In this document: positions 1 to 8,510 of the stretch, in pieces
Layout of the letters: the number at the start of each line of letters is the position of its first letter
Position numbering within the stretch: the first letter of the stretch is position 1
Source of the DNA: Chloroflexota bacterium
GTDB taxonomy: Bacteria; Chloroflexota; Dehalococcoidia; UBA2979
Assembly: GCA_027593235.1 (NCBI GenBank)
Contig: JAQCIU010000013.1
Span: 14,447-78,446 of the forward strand
DNA length: 64,000 nucleotides
Reading direction: 5' to 3'
The notes under the pieces: model-generated
Told to the model about the DNA's origin: nothing
The model's database searches: none
What the model saw: the letters and a program-made list of their open reading frames with translations, nothing else
Translations under genes and position numbers: made by a program

Positions 1-2
1 AG

Positions 3-428
3 GTGGTGCTGGGCAAACGAGGCGACTACGCGATTCGCGCCGTGATCGATGTCGCGGCGCGCCACGGTGAGCGCCGCAAGGCGCGCGAGATCGCCGAGCG
101 TATGTCGATCCCACCGAAGTACCTCTCACGCATCCTGGCTGACCTCGTTCGGGGGGGCGTCCTGCGGGCGACCGCCGGGCCCGACGGTGGATACCAATTG
201 ACCCGTCCCCCGCGCGACATCACGATGCTGCAGGTGATCGAGGCCGTCGAGGGCGAGACCGAGTCGCGCGACTGCCTGCTCCGAGGTGTGCCCTGTCAGA
301 GCGGCGGTATCTGCGCCGTGCATCAGGCCTGGGTCAACGCCGAGAGCGCGATGCTGGAGCAGCTACGCCAGACCACGTTCGCCGACCTTGATGTCAAAGC
401 GGAGCTCCCTCCGAGCCCGCGGCCCTGA
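3..428 (+). CDS. Rrf2-family (IscR/NsrR-like) Fe-S transcriptional regulator; may be 5'-truncated by the window edge
   Basis: DYAIRA..IAERMSIPPKYLSRIL..GPDGGYQL winged helix; C-terminal CLLRGVPCQSGGICAVH with three Cys plus His. Confidence 0.9.
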   Translation: MVLGKRGDYAIRAVIDVAARHGERRKAREIAERMSIPPKYLSRILADLVRGGVLRATAGPDGGYQLTRPPRDITMLQVIEAVEGETESRDCLLRGVPCQSGGICAVHQAWVNAESAMLEQLRQTTFADLDVKAELPPSPRP

Positions 429-436
429 GCCCGGCG

Positions 437-1159
437 ATGAAGCGAATCCGCCAGATCGACGTCGAGGCGATCGCCGGCCTCACCGCCGCCGTGATCGCGC
501 TGGTTCTTCATCTGCTGCACGTGGCCGACGAGGGTGTGCTGCTGGCGATCGTCCTCGTCATCCTCGCGTTGATCCTCGTACGCGACCTGCGGCGAGAGAG
601 CCGCGAGGAGCGGCTCGAGGAGATGCTGTCGCAGACCGTCGTGGACCTCGCCGACATCCACGCCGCCGTTACCCCGCCCGATACGGTACTGATCGGCCCC
701 GCCCGACTGCGCGAGGTCAGTGCGCAGTTCGCTGAGCAGGCGACCGGCGAGATGAGCTGGTTCAACGTCTGCCTCTCGATGTTCGAACCGCAGGCGCTGT
801 TCGACGTGCTACTCCGTCCGGCGGTCGAGAATCCGCGCGTGACCTCGATTCAGTTCGTCCTCGACGAAGGCGAACGGCAGCGCTGGGAGACGGCGGTCCT
901 GCCGAAGCTCGCGCGGTGTAGTGGCGCCGAAAAGGTCCTTGAACCGCACTGGAGCAGTCTGCACGAGCCGGTCTCGGTCATCTTCGCGAACGCCGGAGCC
1001 GGCGGGGTCGAAGCGCTGCTGAGCTTCTGGGGAGAGCCCTTCATGGGGCAGGCGTCCGGCCAGAACGTGCCACGCTACATTTTCCACGTACAACGTCATT
1101 CAGAGCTGATCGGCCGACTGCGGGAACTGGAACGCAGCTACCGGCTCACTCCGGCTTAG
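437..1159 (+). CDS. Hypothetical membrane-anchored protein (two N-terminal TM helices plus soluble alpha/beta domain)
   Basis: 240 aa ORF 8 nt after the Rrf2 gene; hydrophobic N-terminus; host-like codon usage. Confidence 0.75.
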   Translation: MKRIRQIDVEAIAGLTAAVIALVLHLLHVADEGVLLAIVLVILALILVRDLRRESREERLEEMLSQTVVDLADIHAAVTPPDTVLIGPARLREVSAQFAEQATGEMSWFNVCLSMFEPQALFDVLLRPAVENPRVTSIQFVLDEGERQRWETAVLPKLARCSGAEKVLEPHWSSLHEPVSVIFANAGAGGVEALLSFWGEPFMGQASGQNVPRYIFHVQRHSELIGRLRELERSYRLTPA

Positions 1160-1223
1160 GATTCATTCGCCGGGCGTTCGATCGGATTCGGACGGGCATG
1201 GCGGACGGAAAGGAACTACCTGC

Positions 1224-1679
1224 ATGACCACCCAAATCGACACCGAGGCGCTCCACGCGAACCTCGTGGCGCATGCTCCACATGCCGTGATCCTCGCGGG
1301 CCCCGACGGCGCCGTGACGGTTTGGAACGAGGCGGCCGAGCGGATCTTCGGCTTCACCGCCGAGGAGGCGATCGGCCAGAGTCTGGACATCATCGTCCCG
1401 GAGAAGTTCCGCGACGCGCACTGGACCGGCTATGACCGTGCGCTCGCCGCGGGCGAGACGAAGTACGCCGGGAAAGCGATGCCGACGAAGGCGATGCGCA
1501 AGGACGGCGAGGAGATCTACGTGGAGCTGAGCTTCGCGATGATCCACCAGGGCGACGAGGTGATCGGCGCGCTCGCACTGGCACAGGACATCACCGAGCG
1601 CTTTGAGTCGGACCGCGCACAGCGGCGCCGCATGCGTGAACTCGAGGCCGAACTCGAGGAACTCCGCGGCAAGAGCTGA
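1224..1679 (+). CDS. Stand-alone PAS domain protein with C-terminal coiled coil
   Basis: WNEAAERIFGFTAEEAIGQSLDIIVP, RKDG and QDITER PAS/PAC motifs; AAGGA RBS. Confidence 0.9.
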   Translation: MTTQIDTEALHANLVAHAPHAVILAGPDGAVTVWNEAAERIFGFTAEEAIGQSLDIIVPEKFRDAHWTGYDRALAAGETKYAGKAMPTKAMRKDGEEIYVELSFAMIHQGDEVIGALALAQDITERFESDRAQRRRMRELEAELEELRGKS

Positions 1680-1740
1680 TCCGCTCGCGCTCCGCGACCC
1701 CGGACATCGCGTCTAGCGTCCAGAGACCGGGTCGGCGCGC

Positions 1741-2532
1741 CTAGCGTCCCGCCACCCACGTCAGCGCGACGGCGTCGGTCGGCGACCCCGCACCGGCTGC
1801 GAGGGTCTTGAGGTCGATCGCGACCAGGCCCTCATCAACAATCACCAGCAGCGTGCCGGCGCCCTCATCGATCGCGATCGATCGAGGGGTGGCCGGCAAC
1901 TCGATCTGCCGGCCGGCGGGCGTCTCCCGCCGCAGATCGAACTCATGCAGTACGCCGGTGGCGGTGCTTTACCAGAGGGTGCCCGAAACGCCATCGACGG
2001 TCAGGCGCCGGAAGTCGAACGCCACCCCCTCGAGTTGGCTCGGGCCAATCGCGCCAGCCAGCTCGAGGGTGTCGAGGTCGTAGGCCAGCAGGCCGCCGCC
2101 GAGCGCCGAAACCAGCAGGCGTTCGCGGTCCTCGTCGATGGCGAAGGTGCGCGCGCGACCGTTGACCGAGCAGCCCCACAGGGCGACATCGGAGAACGGG
2201 CCGAGGTCCGGTCCGGCCGCGCCGGTGGCGAGTTCGATCGAGTGGATGCTCTGGTGGTCGTCGGAGTACCAGAGGCGCTCGTGGCTCGCGTCGTACGCGA
2301 CCTGCCGGCCCCCGTTCGCGGGACGCGTGAGGAACAGGTCGGAGGCGAGCACCTCCCCGGTCGGAGCGGTGACGATCGATCCATCCGCCTGCGCCAGCCA
2401 CAGCGCGGCGGGTGTCGACGCGGTGGAGGTCACCTCGGGCGTCCCGCCGGCGCAGCCGAGCGCAACGACGGCCAGCACGATTCCCGCGCCGGCCGTCTGG
2501 ATGAGCCTCGTTGCCGCTCTGCGTGCGCCCAT
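1741..2532 (-). pseudogene. Beta-propeller-like lipoprotein interrupted by an in-frame TAA at 1969-1971
   Basis: Lipobox VALGC; the frame stays open past GTLW* for 75 more codons (STATGVLHEFDL..PRSIAIDE..) to TAG at 1741-1743. Confidence 0.65.
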
Positions 2533-2610
2533 CGACGCGCCTCCCGCGGGTGGGACGGCCTCGGCCGCCCCGCCCGCTATCGCATTGGCTATCGGTCTGT
2601 CATCGCTGCG

Positions 2611-3762
2611 CTATGCCTCGATCTGGGTGAAGATCTCGGGGGCCTCGGGACCTTCGACCACCAGGTGGCCGCCGGCGCCCTTCGGCAATCGGCTCAGCGC
2701 GTGGTCGACGAGGAGGAAGGTGCCAGGCACCTCCAGGTCGAACTCGACCATCGTTGCGCCGCCGGGAGCCACGGAGACCGTCTGCACACTTTCGGCCATT
2801 GAGCTGAACGAGCCCCAGGTCGCGGCGCGGTCGAAGATCTCGCCGATGACGTGGAAGCTGGAGGTCTTGTTGGGGCCGCCCACTCCGAAGAAGATGCGGA
2901 CCCGTTCACCAACATTCGCCTTGAGTGCGCGGTCACCGGTGACCGAACCAACGGCGCCGTTGAAGACGACGTAGCTGGGGTTCTCCGCCGACATCCGCTC
3001 CAGGTCGAACGGCTGCATGCCCGGCTCCCCGGCCTTGCCGGAGGTGTAAATCTCGCCCTGGCAGACGTAGAACTCGCGGTCGACGGGGGGTAGGCCCTCG
3101 GGCGGTTCGATGACGATCAGCCCGTACATCCCGGCAGAGATGTGCAGATCGATCGGCGGTGTAGCGCAGTGGTAGATGTACACACCCGGGTGCATCGCCT
3201 TGAAGCGGAAGGCCTTGGTCTCGCCCTTCGCGACGCCAGTCAGGGTCGCGCCACCACCGGGGCCGGTGACGGCGTGCAGGTCGATGTTGTGCGCGAGCGT
3301 GCTTTCCGTCGGGTTGGTGAGCGTCAGTTCAACGTCGTCGCCCTGGCGTGCCCGGATCATCGGGCCCGGGATCGTGCCGTTGAACGTCCAGAAGTGGTAG
3401 CCGACGCCGTCGGCGAGCTTCCCATCGAGCTCCTGGACCTCAAGCGACACCTGGACCGTAGCCGGCTCGCTACGGTTGATCGGTCCGGGCATCTCCGCGA
3501 CTGGGAGGTACTCGAGGTTCACTGCGTCCTGGACGATCGGAGCGCTGGTTGACCCACCACCCTGGGCCACGCTGGCGGCCTCGCTGGTCGCGGTGGGCGT
3601 CGCGTTCGCGCGGTCGACGACAGCCCGCTGAGCGGCGTCGCGCGCCTCGATGGTGTCGTCGGAGGTGCAGCCGACCGCCCCGACCAGCGGCAAGGCGACC
3701 CCAGCCATCGCGAGTCGCTGCATCAGCCGGCGCCGTCCGAGCATCTCTGTCAGCACGGTCAT
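2611..3762 (-). CDS. nirK: Copper-containing nitrite reductase, predicted Tat lipoprotein
   Basis: HNIDLHAV, YHCATPPIDLHISAGM, SSFHVIGE and LVDHAL copper/catalytic motifs; GRRRLM..VGAVGC signal; ATG 3762 with GAGGA RBS. Confidence 0.93.
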   Translation of the reverse strand: MTVLTEMLGRRRLMQRLAMAGVALPLVGAVGCTSDDTIEARDAAQRAVVDRANATPTATSEAASVAQGGGSTSAPIVQDAVNLEYLPVAEMPGPINRSEPATVQVSLEVQELDGKLADGVGYHFWTFNGTIPGPMIRARQGDDVELTLTNPTESTLAHNIDLHAVTGPGGGATLTGVAKGETKAFRFKAMHPGVYIYHCATPPIDLHISAGMYGLIVIEPPEGLPPVDREFYVCQGEIYTSGKAGEPGMQPFDLERMSAENPSYVVFNGAVGSVTGDRALKANVGERVRIFFGVGGPNKTSSFHVIGEIFDRAATWGSFSSMAESVQTVSVAPGGATMVEFDLEVPGTFLLVDHALSRLPKGAGGHLVVEGPEAPEIFTQIEA

Positions 3763-3788
3763 TAGTTCCTCTTTTCGTGATGCTTTGC

Positions 3789-3817
3789 TCATCGTTGAGT
3801 AAATGAGTCAACGATGA
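3789..3817. promoter_or_regulatory. Perfect 10-bp inverted repeat upstream of nirK, candidate Rrf2 operator
   Basis: TCATCGTTGA-gtaaatgag-TCAACGATGA in an AT-rich intergenic patch. Confidence 0.6.
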
Positions 3818-3899
3818 CATCTCAGTATTCGTACGCTCCGTCACAAACGACAAGTGACTAAAGTCGCCCCGTTAATGTGACCTTTGGGCTCCACCCGCC

Positions 3900-4721
3900 T
3901 CACGTGTTGTCGCGGGGCCGCGACGGCGCCACTGCGGCGGCTTCGCCACGACCCTGCCGGTAAAGCGTAAGCCACTGCCTGAAACTCAATTCCGAGGGCG
4001 CCCCACCCGGATCGAAGCGCAGACGTTCAGCGAACAGGCGCACCTCCCGAGGTTTGAACCGCGCACGCAGTCCGCGCGCGACGTCGCCGGCGCCGAATGC
4101 GCCCTCGAGGAATCGCAGGTACGCCGGGCGCTCGGCGTCGGCGATCAGCGGCCGCGGTCGCCGCGCGAGGTGGAGCAGCACCGCGTCCACCGCCGGCGGC
4201 GGCGAGAAGTCCGTCCGTCGAAACCAGTGCACGATCTCCAGGTGCCACCACGGGTGCAGCGACAACGAGGCGACCGACTCCGGCGCGTACGGGCGTCCGG
4301 CGAACCGCGCGGCAGCCTCGAACTGGACCACGAGGTAGGCATCCTCCGGTGGCAACGGAGCGGTGGTCAGCCGACGCACGACATCGGCGGTGCGGTTGAA
4401 CGGCACATTGGCGAAGACCGCATAAGGAGCGTCGGGCAGCCGTGCGTCGAAGAAGTCTTCGCCGCGTACGTGCACGTTCCGCTGGCTGGCGAACCGTGCG
4501 TGCAGTCCGGCGACGAGGTACGGATCGACCTCGATCGCATGGACCTCGCGGGTGAAGGCGGCCAGCGCAGCCGTGAGCACGCCGGTGCCAGCACCGATCT
4601 CCACGACGAGATCGGTGGGGCGCAGCTCGGATTGGCGGATCAGCGTCCGCACCAGTCCCTGGTTACGAAGGAAGTGCTGAGAGAGGTCCGCGCGACGGCC
4701 GCGCTGCCGTCCCCCGGGCAC
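3900..4721 (-). CDS. Erm-like rRNA adenine N6-methyltransferase (Erm/KsgA family); start uncertain
   Basis: LSQHFL, VEIGAGTG, FANVPFN, FSPPPAVD; the SQxFL and NxPF variants look more like Erm than KsgA. Confidence 0.8.
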   Translation of the reverse strand: MPGGRQRGRRADLSQHFLRNQGLVRTLIRQSELRPTDLVVEIGAGTGVLTAALAAFTREVHAIEVDPYLVAGLHARFASQRNVHVRGEDFFDARLPDAPYAVFANVPFNRTADVVRRLTTAPLPPEDAYLVVQFEAAARFAGRPYAPESVASLSLHPWWHLEIVHWFRRTDFSPPPAVDAVLLHLARRPRPLIADAERPAYLRFLEGAFGAGDVARGLRARFKPREVRLFAERLRFDPGGAPSELSFRQWLTLYRQGRGEAAAVAPSRPRDNT

Positions 4722-4740
4722 GGGTGACCATCACACACAT
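4663..4740 (-). CDS. Candidate leader ORF MCVMVTRARGTAARPSRGPLSALPS overlapping the erm-like start
   Basis: -10 TATACT (4762-4767), AGGAG RBS (4748-4752) 7 nt before ATG 4740, TAA at 4663-4665. Confidence 0.45.
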   Translation of the reverse strand: MCVMVTRARGTAARPSRGPLSALPS

Positions 4741-4841
4741 TGGGCAGCTCCTGTTCGGCGCAGTATATGACCGGTGATTCGGGGTGTGTGGTGGGTATCG
4801 CCGCATTGTTCACGGTCCGGCGCACCCCTATCCTCGCCGCC

Positions 4842-6596
4842 ATGCGAATGTCACGGCAGTTCGGACACACCCTGCGCGAAGCGCCCGCGGATGCGGACAC
4901 GATCGCGCACCAGCTCCTCGTGCGGGGCTCCTTCGTCGATCAGCTCATGGCCGGCGTGTACTCGTACATGCCGCTGGGTCGCCGGGTGAAGCGGCGCATC
5001 GAGCAAGTCATCCGCGAGGAGATGGATCGCGCCGGCGGCCAGGAAGTGCTGCTGCCGACGATTCAACCCGCCGAGATCTGGGAGCAGTCCGGCCGCGCGC
5101 AGACGATGGCGGACGTGCTCTTCCAGCTCCAGGACAAGCGCGAGCGCGCGATGGTGCTGGGGCCGACGCACGAAGAGGTGATCACGAAGCTCTTCCAGGA
5201 TCACGCCAACTCCTACCGTGATCTGCCGGTCACGCTCTACCAGATCCAGACGAAGCTCCGCGACGAGACGCGCCCGCGCAACGGCCTGGTGCGCGTCCGC
5301 GAGTTCACAATGAAGGACGCCTACTCGTTCGACGTGAACGACGCGGGCCTCGACGTCTCCTACGACGCGATGTTCGAGGCGTATCGCCGCATCTTCGCGC
5401 GCTGCGGGATTCCGACCGTCGCCGTCGAGGCCGATTCCGGCGCGATCGGCGGCAAGGGATCGCAGGAGTTCATCTTCCTCACCGACACCGGCGAGGACAC
5501 GATCCTGCTCTGCGAGGAGTGCGGCTACGCCGCCAACCAGGAGAAGGCGGACTTCGTCCGCCCACCCGCGATCGAGGGCGACGCGTCGCCGCTCGAGGAA
5601 GTCGCGACCCCCGGCATCACGACGATCGACGCGCTCGCCGAGTTCCTGGGCGTCGAGGCACGCCAGACCGCGAAGGCCGTCTTCGTGATGGCTGAACCGC
5701 GTACCGGTGGCGATTCGTTCCCTGTCTTCGCCGTGATCCGTGGGGACCTCGACGTGAACGAGGTCAAGCTGATGAACATCCTCGACGCGCGGGCGCTCGA
5801 GGCGATGACTGACGCGCAGATCAACGCCTACGGCCTGGTCGCGGGATACGCATCGCCGATCGGCGTGAATCAGGCGCTGAAGATCGTCGCGGACGTTTCC
5901 ATCCTTGGGTCGCCCAACCTCGTCGCCGGTGCCAACAAGAGCGGCTTCCACCTGCGCAACACGAACTACGGGCGCGACTGGACCGCCGACCTCGTGGACG
6001 ACATCGCGCTTGCCGAGGCAGGCCACCTCTGCGCGCACTGCCCGGACGGTGTCACCGCCCCGCTCCGCTCGCGACGCGGAATCGAGATGGGGCACGTCTT
6101 CCGGCTCGGCATGACCTACACCCTGCCGTTCAACGTCACCGTGCTCGATGAGACGGGCGAGCACGTGATGCCGACGATGGGCTGTTACGGCATCGGCGTG
6201 GAGCGAATCGTCGCCGCCGCGGTTGAGGAGCACCACGACGACGCCGGCATCGTCTGGCCGGCCTCGGTCGCCCCGTACGACGTGCACCTGGTCGGTCTGA
6301 GTCTGACGCGCGATGAAGCGGTCGGCGCGGACGCGGAGACGCTGTACACCGAGTTCCAAGACGCGGGCGTGGACGTGCTCTTCGACGATCGGGACGAGTC
6401 GCCTGGTATCAAGTTCAACGACGCCGATCTGATCGGCATCCCGATTCGTCTCACCGTCTCGCCGCGGAATCTGAAGGCGGGCGTGGTGGAGCTGAAGCGT
6501 CGGGACGCCGAGGAAGCCGAGCAGGTACCGCGTGACGAGGTCGTCGCGCGTGTGCGGGCGATCCGCGCGGAGCTGCTCGCCGCGCTCGTCGTCTGA
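4842..6596 (+). CDS. proS: Proline--tRNA ligase (bacterial type with editing domain)
   Basis: MRMSRQFGHTLRE start, LGPTHEE, RVREFTMKDAYSF, GCYGIG, GIKFNDADLIG. Confidence 0.97.
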   Translation: MRMSRQFGHTLREAPADADTIAHQLLVRGSFVDQLMAGVYSYMPLGRRVKRRIEQVIREEMDRAGGQEVLLPTIQPAEIWEQSGRAQTMADVLFQLQDKRERAMVLGPTHEEVITKLFQDHANSYRDLPVTLYQIQTKLRDETRPRNGLVRVREFTMKDAYSFDVNDAGLDVSYDAMFEAYRRIFARCGIPTVAVEADSGAIGGKGSQEFIFLTDTGEDTILLCEECGYAANQEKADFVRPPAIEGDASPLEEVATPGITTIDALAEFLGVEARQTAKAVFVMAEPRTGGDSFPVFAVIRGDLDVNEVKLMNILDARALEAMTDAQINAYGLVAGYASPIGVNQALKIVADVSILGSPNLVAGANKSGFHLRNTNYGRDWTADLVDDIALAEAGHLCAHCPDGVTAPLRSRRGIEMGHVFRLGMTYTLPFNVTVLDETGEHVMPTMGCYGIGVERIVAAAVEEHHDDAGIVWPASVAPYDVHLVGLSLTRDEAVGADAETLYTEFQDAGVDVLFDDRDESPGIKFNDADLIGIPIRLTVSPRNLKAGVVELKRRDAEEAEQVPRDEVVARVRAIRAELLAALVV

Positions 6597-6672
6597 TCTG
6601 GCGACCAAGCGGCGTGCCGGGCCCGATCGGGTCGCGTTGGACCTCGTCAGTGCGCGCCCTCACGTCGATGCC

Positions 6673-6702
6673 TTGAGGCGGCGAGCGCGCGGGTGTTACG
6701 AT
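6673..6702 (+). promoter_or_regulatory. Sigma70-type promoter of the nusA operon
   Basis: TTGAGG-18 nt-TACGAT with extended -10 TG. Confidence 0.5.
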
Positions 6703-6731
6703 GACACCTCGCACGGCCTCTACTTCTAGAG

Positions 6732-6760
6732 ACGTGGGCGCCGTGCCCACGTTTTTTGTT
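6732..6760 (+). terminator. Intrinsic terminator/attenuator in the nusA leader
   Basis: ACGTGGGC-gccgt-GCCCACGT followed by a T tract, between promoter and nusA; resembles the hairpin found ahead of rimP-nusA operons. Confidence 0.75.
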
Positions 6761-6830
6761 GACCACCGCCAGTTCCCGACGCCGGGTGGCCGTCCACGGC
6801 TCGGGTCGCCTCAGGAGCGCACGACAGCGC

Positions 6831-8444
6831 ATGAAGAACGACTTCGTCTCCGCCATCACACAGCTCTCCGCTGAAAAAAACCTCAACGCTGACGCGGTGT
6901 TTAGCGCCGTTGAAGCAGCGATGGCATCCGCGTTCAAGAAGGACGAACTTCAGTACGCCGAGATCGAGGTATCGATCGACCGCGTCGATGGTGACATCGA
7001 GGCCTGGCGTACCTGGGCGATCACCGACGACGACGAGATCGAGGATGACGAGATCCAGCTCTCCCCGGAGCGCGCGAAGGAACTGGGCTTCGCCGACGCG
7101 AAGATCGGCGACGTCGTTCGCCGTCCGATCGAATCCGGACCGCAGACCGGGCGCATCGCCGCCCAGACCGCGAAGCAGGTCGTGCTCCAACGGCTCCGCG
7201 AGGCTGAGCGCGACTCGGTTTTCGAGGACTTCACCGGCAAGGAAGGCGAGATCGTCTCTGGCACGGTTCTGCGCGTGGAGCGCGGACGCCAGCAGGTAAT
7301 CCTGGACCTGGGCCGGACCGAGGCCGTGCTGCCCTATTCCGAGCAGATCCGCGCCGAGCACTACCGCATCAGCCAGCGGCTGCGCGTTTACGTCAAAGAG
7401 GTCTACCGCGCGACACGCGGCCCGCAGGTTGTCGTCTCCCGCGCCGCCCCGGAACTGCTCCGCCGGCTCTTTGAGCTGGAAGTCCCGGAGATCGCGCGCG
7501 GGACCATCGAGATCATGGGCGTCGCCCGTGAGCCCGGGTACCGCACCAAGGTCGCGGTGATCTCCCGCCAGGAAGGCGTCGATCCAATCGGCGCCGTCGT
7601 CGGCGTCCGCGGCGCCCGCATCCAGAACATCGTCAACGAACTCAGCGGCGAACGCATCGACGTGATCCGCTGGGACCCGAACGATATGGCGTACGTCGCA
7701 AACGCCCTCAGCCCTGCCGAGGTGGTGTCGATCAACGTCGACGAAGACACGCACACCGCGTTCATCGCGGTCCCTGACCGACAGCTCAGCCTCGCCATCG
7801 GCAAGGAGGGCCAGAACGCCCGACTCGCCGCGAAGCTGACCGGTTACCGGATCGACATCCGCGGCGAGGGCGCGATGATCACTGGGGGCGAGGACCTATA
7901 CCCGCCGCCGGAGCCGAACATGGACCCGATCCTCGTGCGCGAGCACGCCGCGATCCCGTCCACGGCAGAACTCGCTCCGCTGCCCACCGGTCCGGACTAC
8001 GCGCGCCCCGGCCTGCCGGGCGAGGGTGCACACGCCACCGCCGAGCCGATCGCGGTCCCCGCGGCGGAGGAGGAGGCTCGGCTCACCCCCGAGCAGGAGA
8101 TCCTCGCGGAGTTCGTGGAAGAGCAGCCAGCGGCGCAGGTCACCGAAGCTCCGGTCGAAGAGGCCCCCGCGACGCCGCGACGCCGCGACGAGCCGCTCGG
8201 TCTCCGCTTCGGCGATGACATTCGCGAGCGCCAGGTCCAGGAAGAAGAGGAAGAGCGCGAGCGCGAGAGCCGTGGCCGCCGCCGTCGTGGTGGCACCCCG
8301 GCCCCGCGTGCCGCCCGTCCAGAGCGTCGTGGACGCCGTCCCGCCTTCGACGAATACGAAGAGGACGAGATCGAGGCCGCGTTGCACGGTGAGGAATTCC
8401 TCGCGGGCGACCTCGATGAGCCGGACGACGAAGACGAAGGCTAA
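6831..8444 (+). CDS. nusA: Transcription termination factor NusA with long acidic C-terminal tail
   Basis: GRIAAQTAKQV, AREPGYRTK, LSLAIGKEGQNARLAAKLTG; AGGAG RBS. Confidence 0.97.
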   Translation: MKNDFVSAITQLSAEKNLNADAVFSAVEAAMASAFKKDELQYAEIEVSIDRVDGDIEAWRTWAITDDDEIEDDEIQLSPERAKELGFADAKIGDVVRRPIESGPQTGRIAAQTAKQVVLQRLREAERDSVFEDFTGKEGEIVSGTVLRVERGRQQVILDLGRTEAVLPYSEQIRAEHYRISQRLRVYVKEVYRATRGPQVVVSRAAPELLRRLFELEVPEIARGTIEIMGVAREPGYRTKVAVISRQEGVDPIGAVVGVRGARIQNIVNELSGERIDVIRWDPNDMAYVANALSPAEVVSINVDEDTHTAFIAVPDRQLSLAIGKEGQNARLAAKLTGYRIDIRGEGAMITGGEDLYPPPEPNMDPILVREHAAIPSTAELAPLPTGPDYARPGLPGEGAHATAEPIAVPAAEEEARLTPEQEILAEFVEEQPAAQVTEAPVEEAPATPRRRDEPLGLRFGDDIRERQVQEEEEERERESRGRRRRGGTPAPRAARPERRGRRPAFDEYEEDEIEAALHGEEFLAGDLDEPDDEDEG

Positions 8445-8510
8445 CGAACCGGGGTCCGATCCCGGCCACCGCACCACTACGAGCCGGCAGCGGCCCAGAG
8501 AGCGAGCACG

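Noticed and set aside
1708-1749. 28-bp-spaced CTAGCGTCC repeat at a stop codon
   Set aside because: Only two short copies; too weak to count with the other arrays
1969-1971. Selenocysteine/pyrrolysine recoding of the internal stop
   Set aside because: The codon is TAA, not TGA or TAG
4851-6608. Long antisense ORFs (also 10345-11724, 26292-27776, 32249-33580, 50928-52382)
   Set aside because: Shadow frames of well-supported genes in high-GC DNA, with no protein motifs
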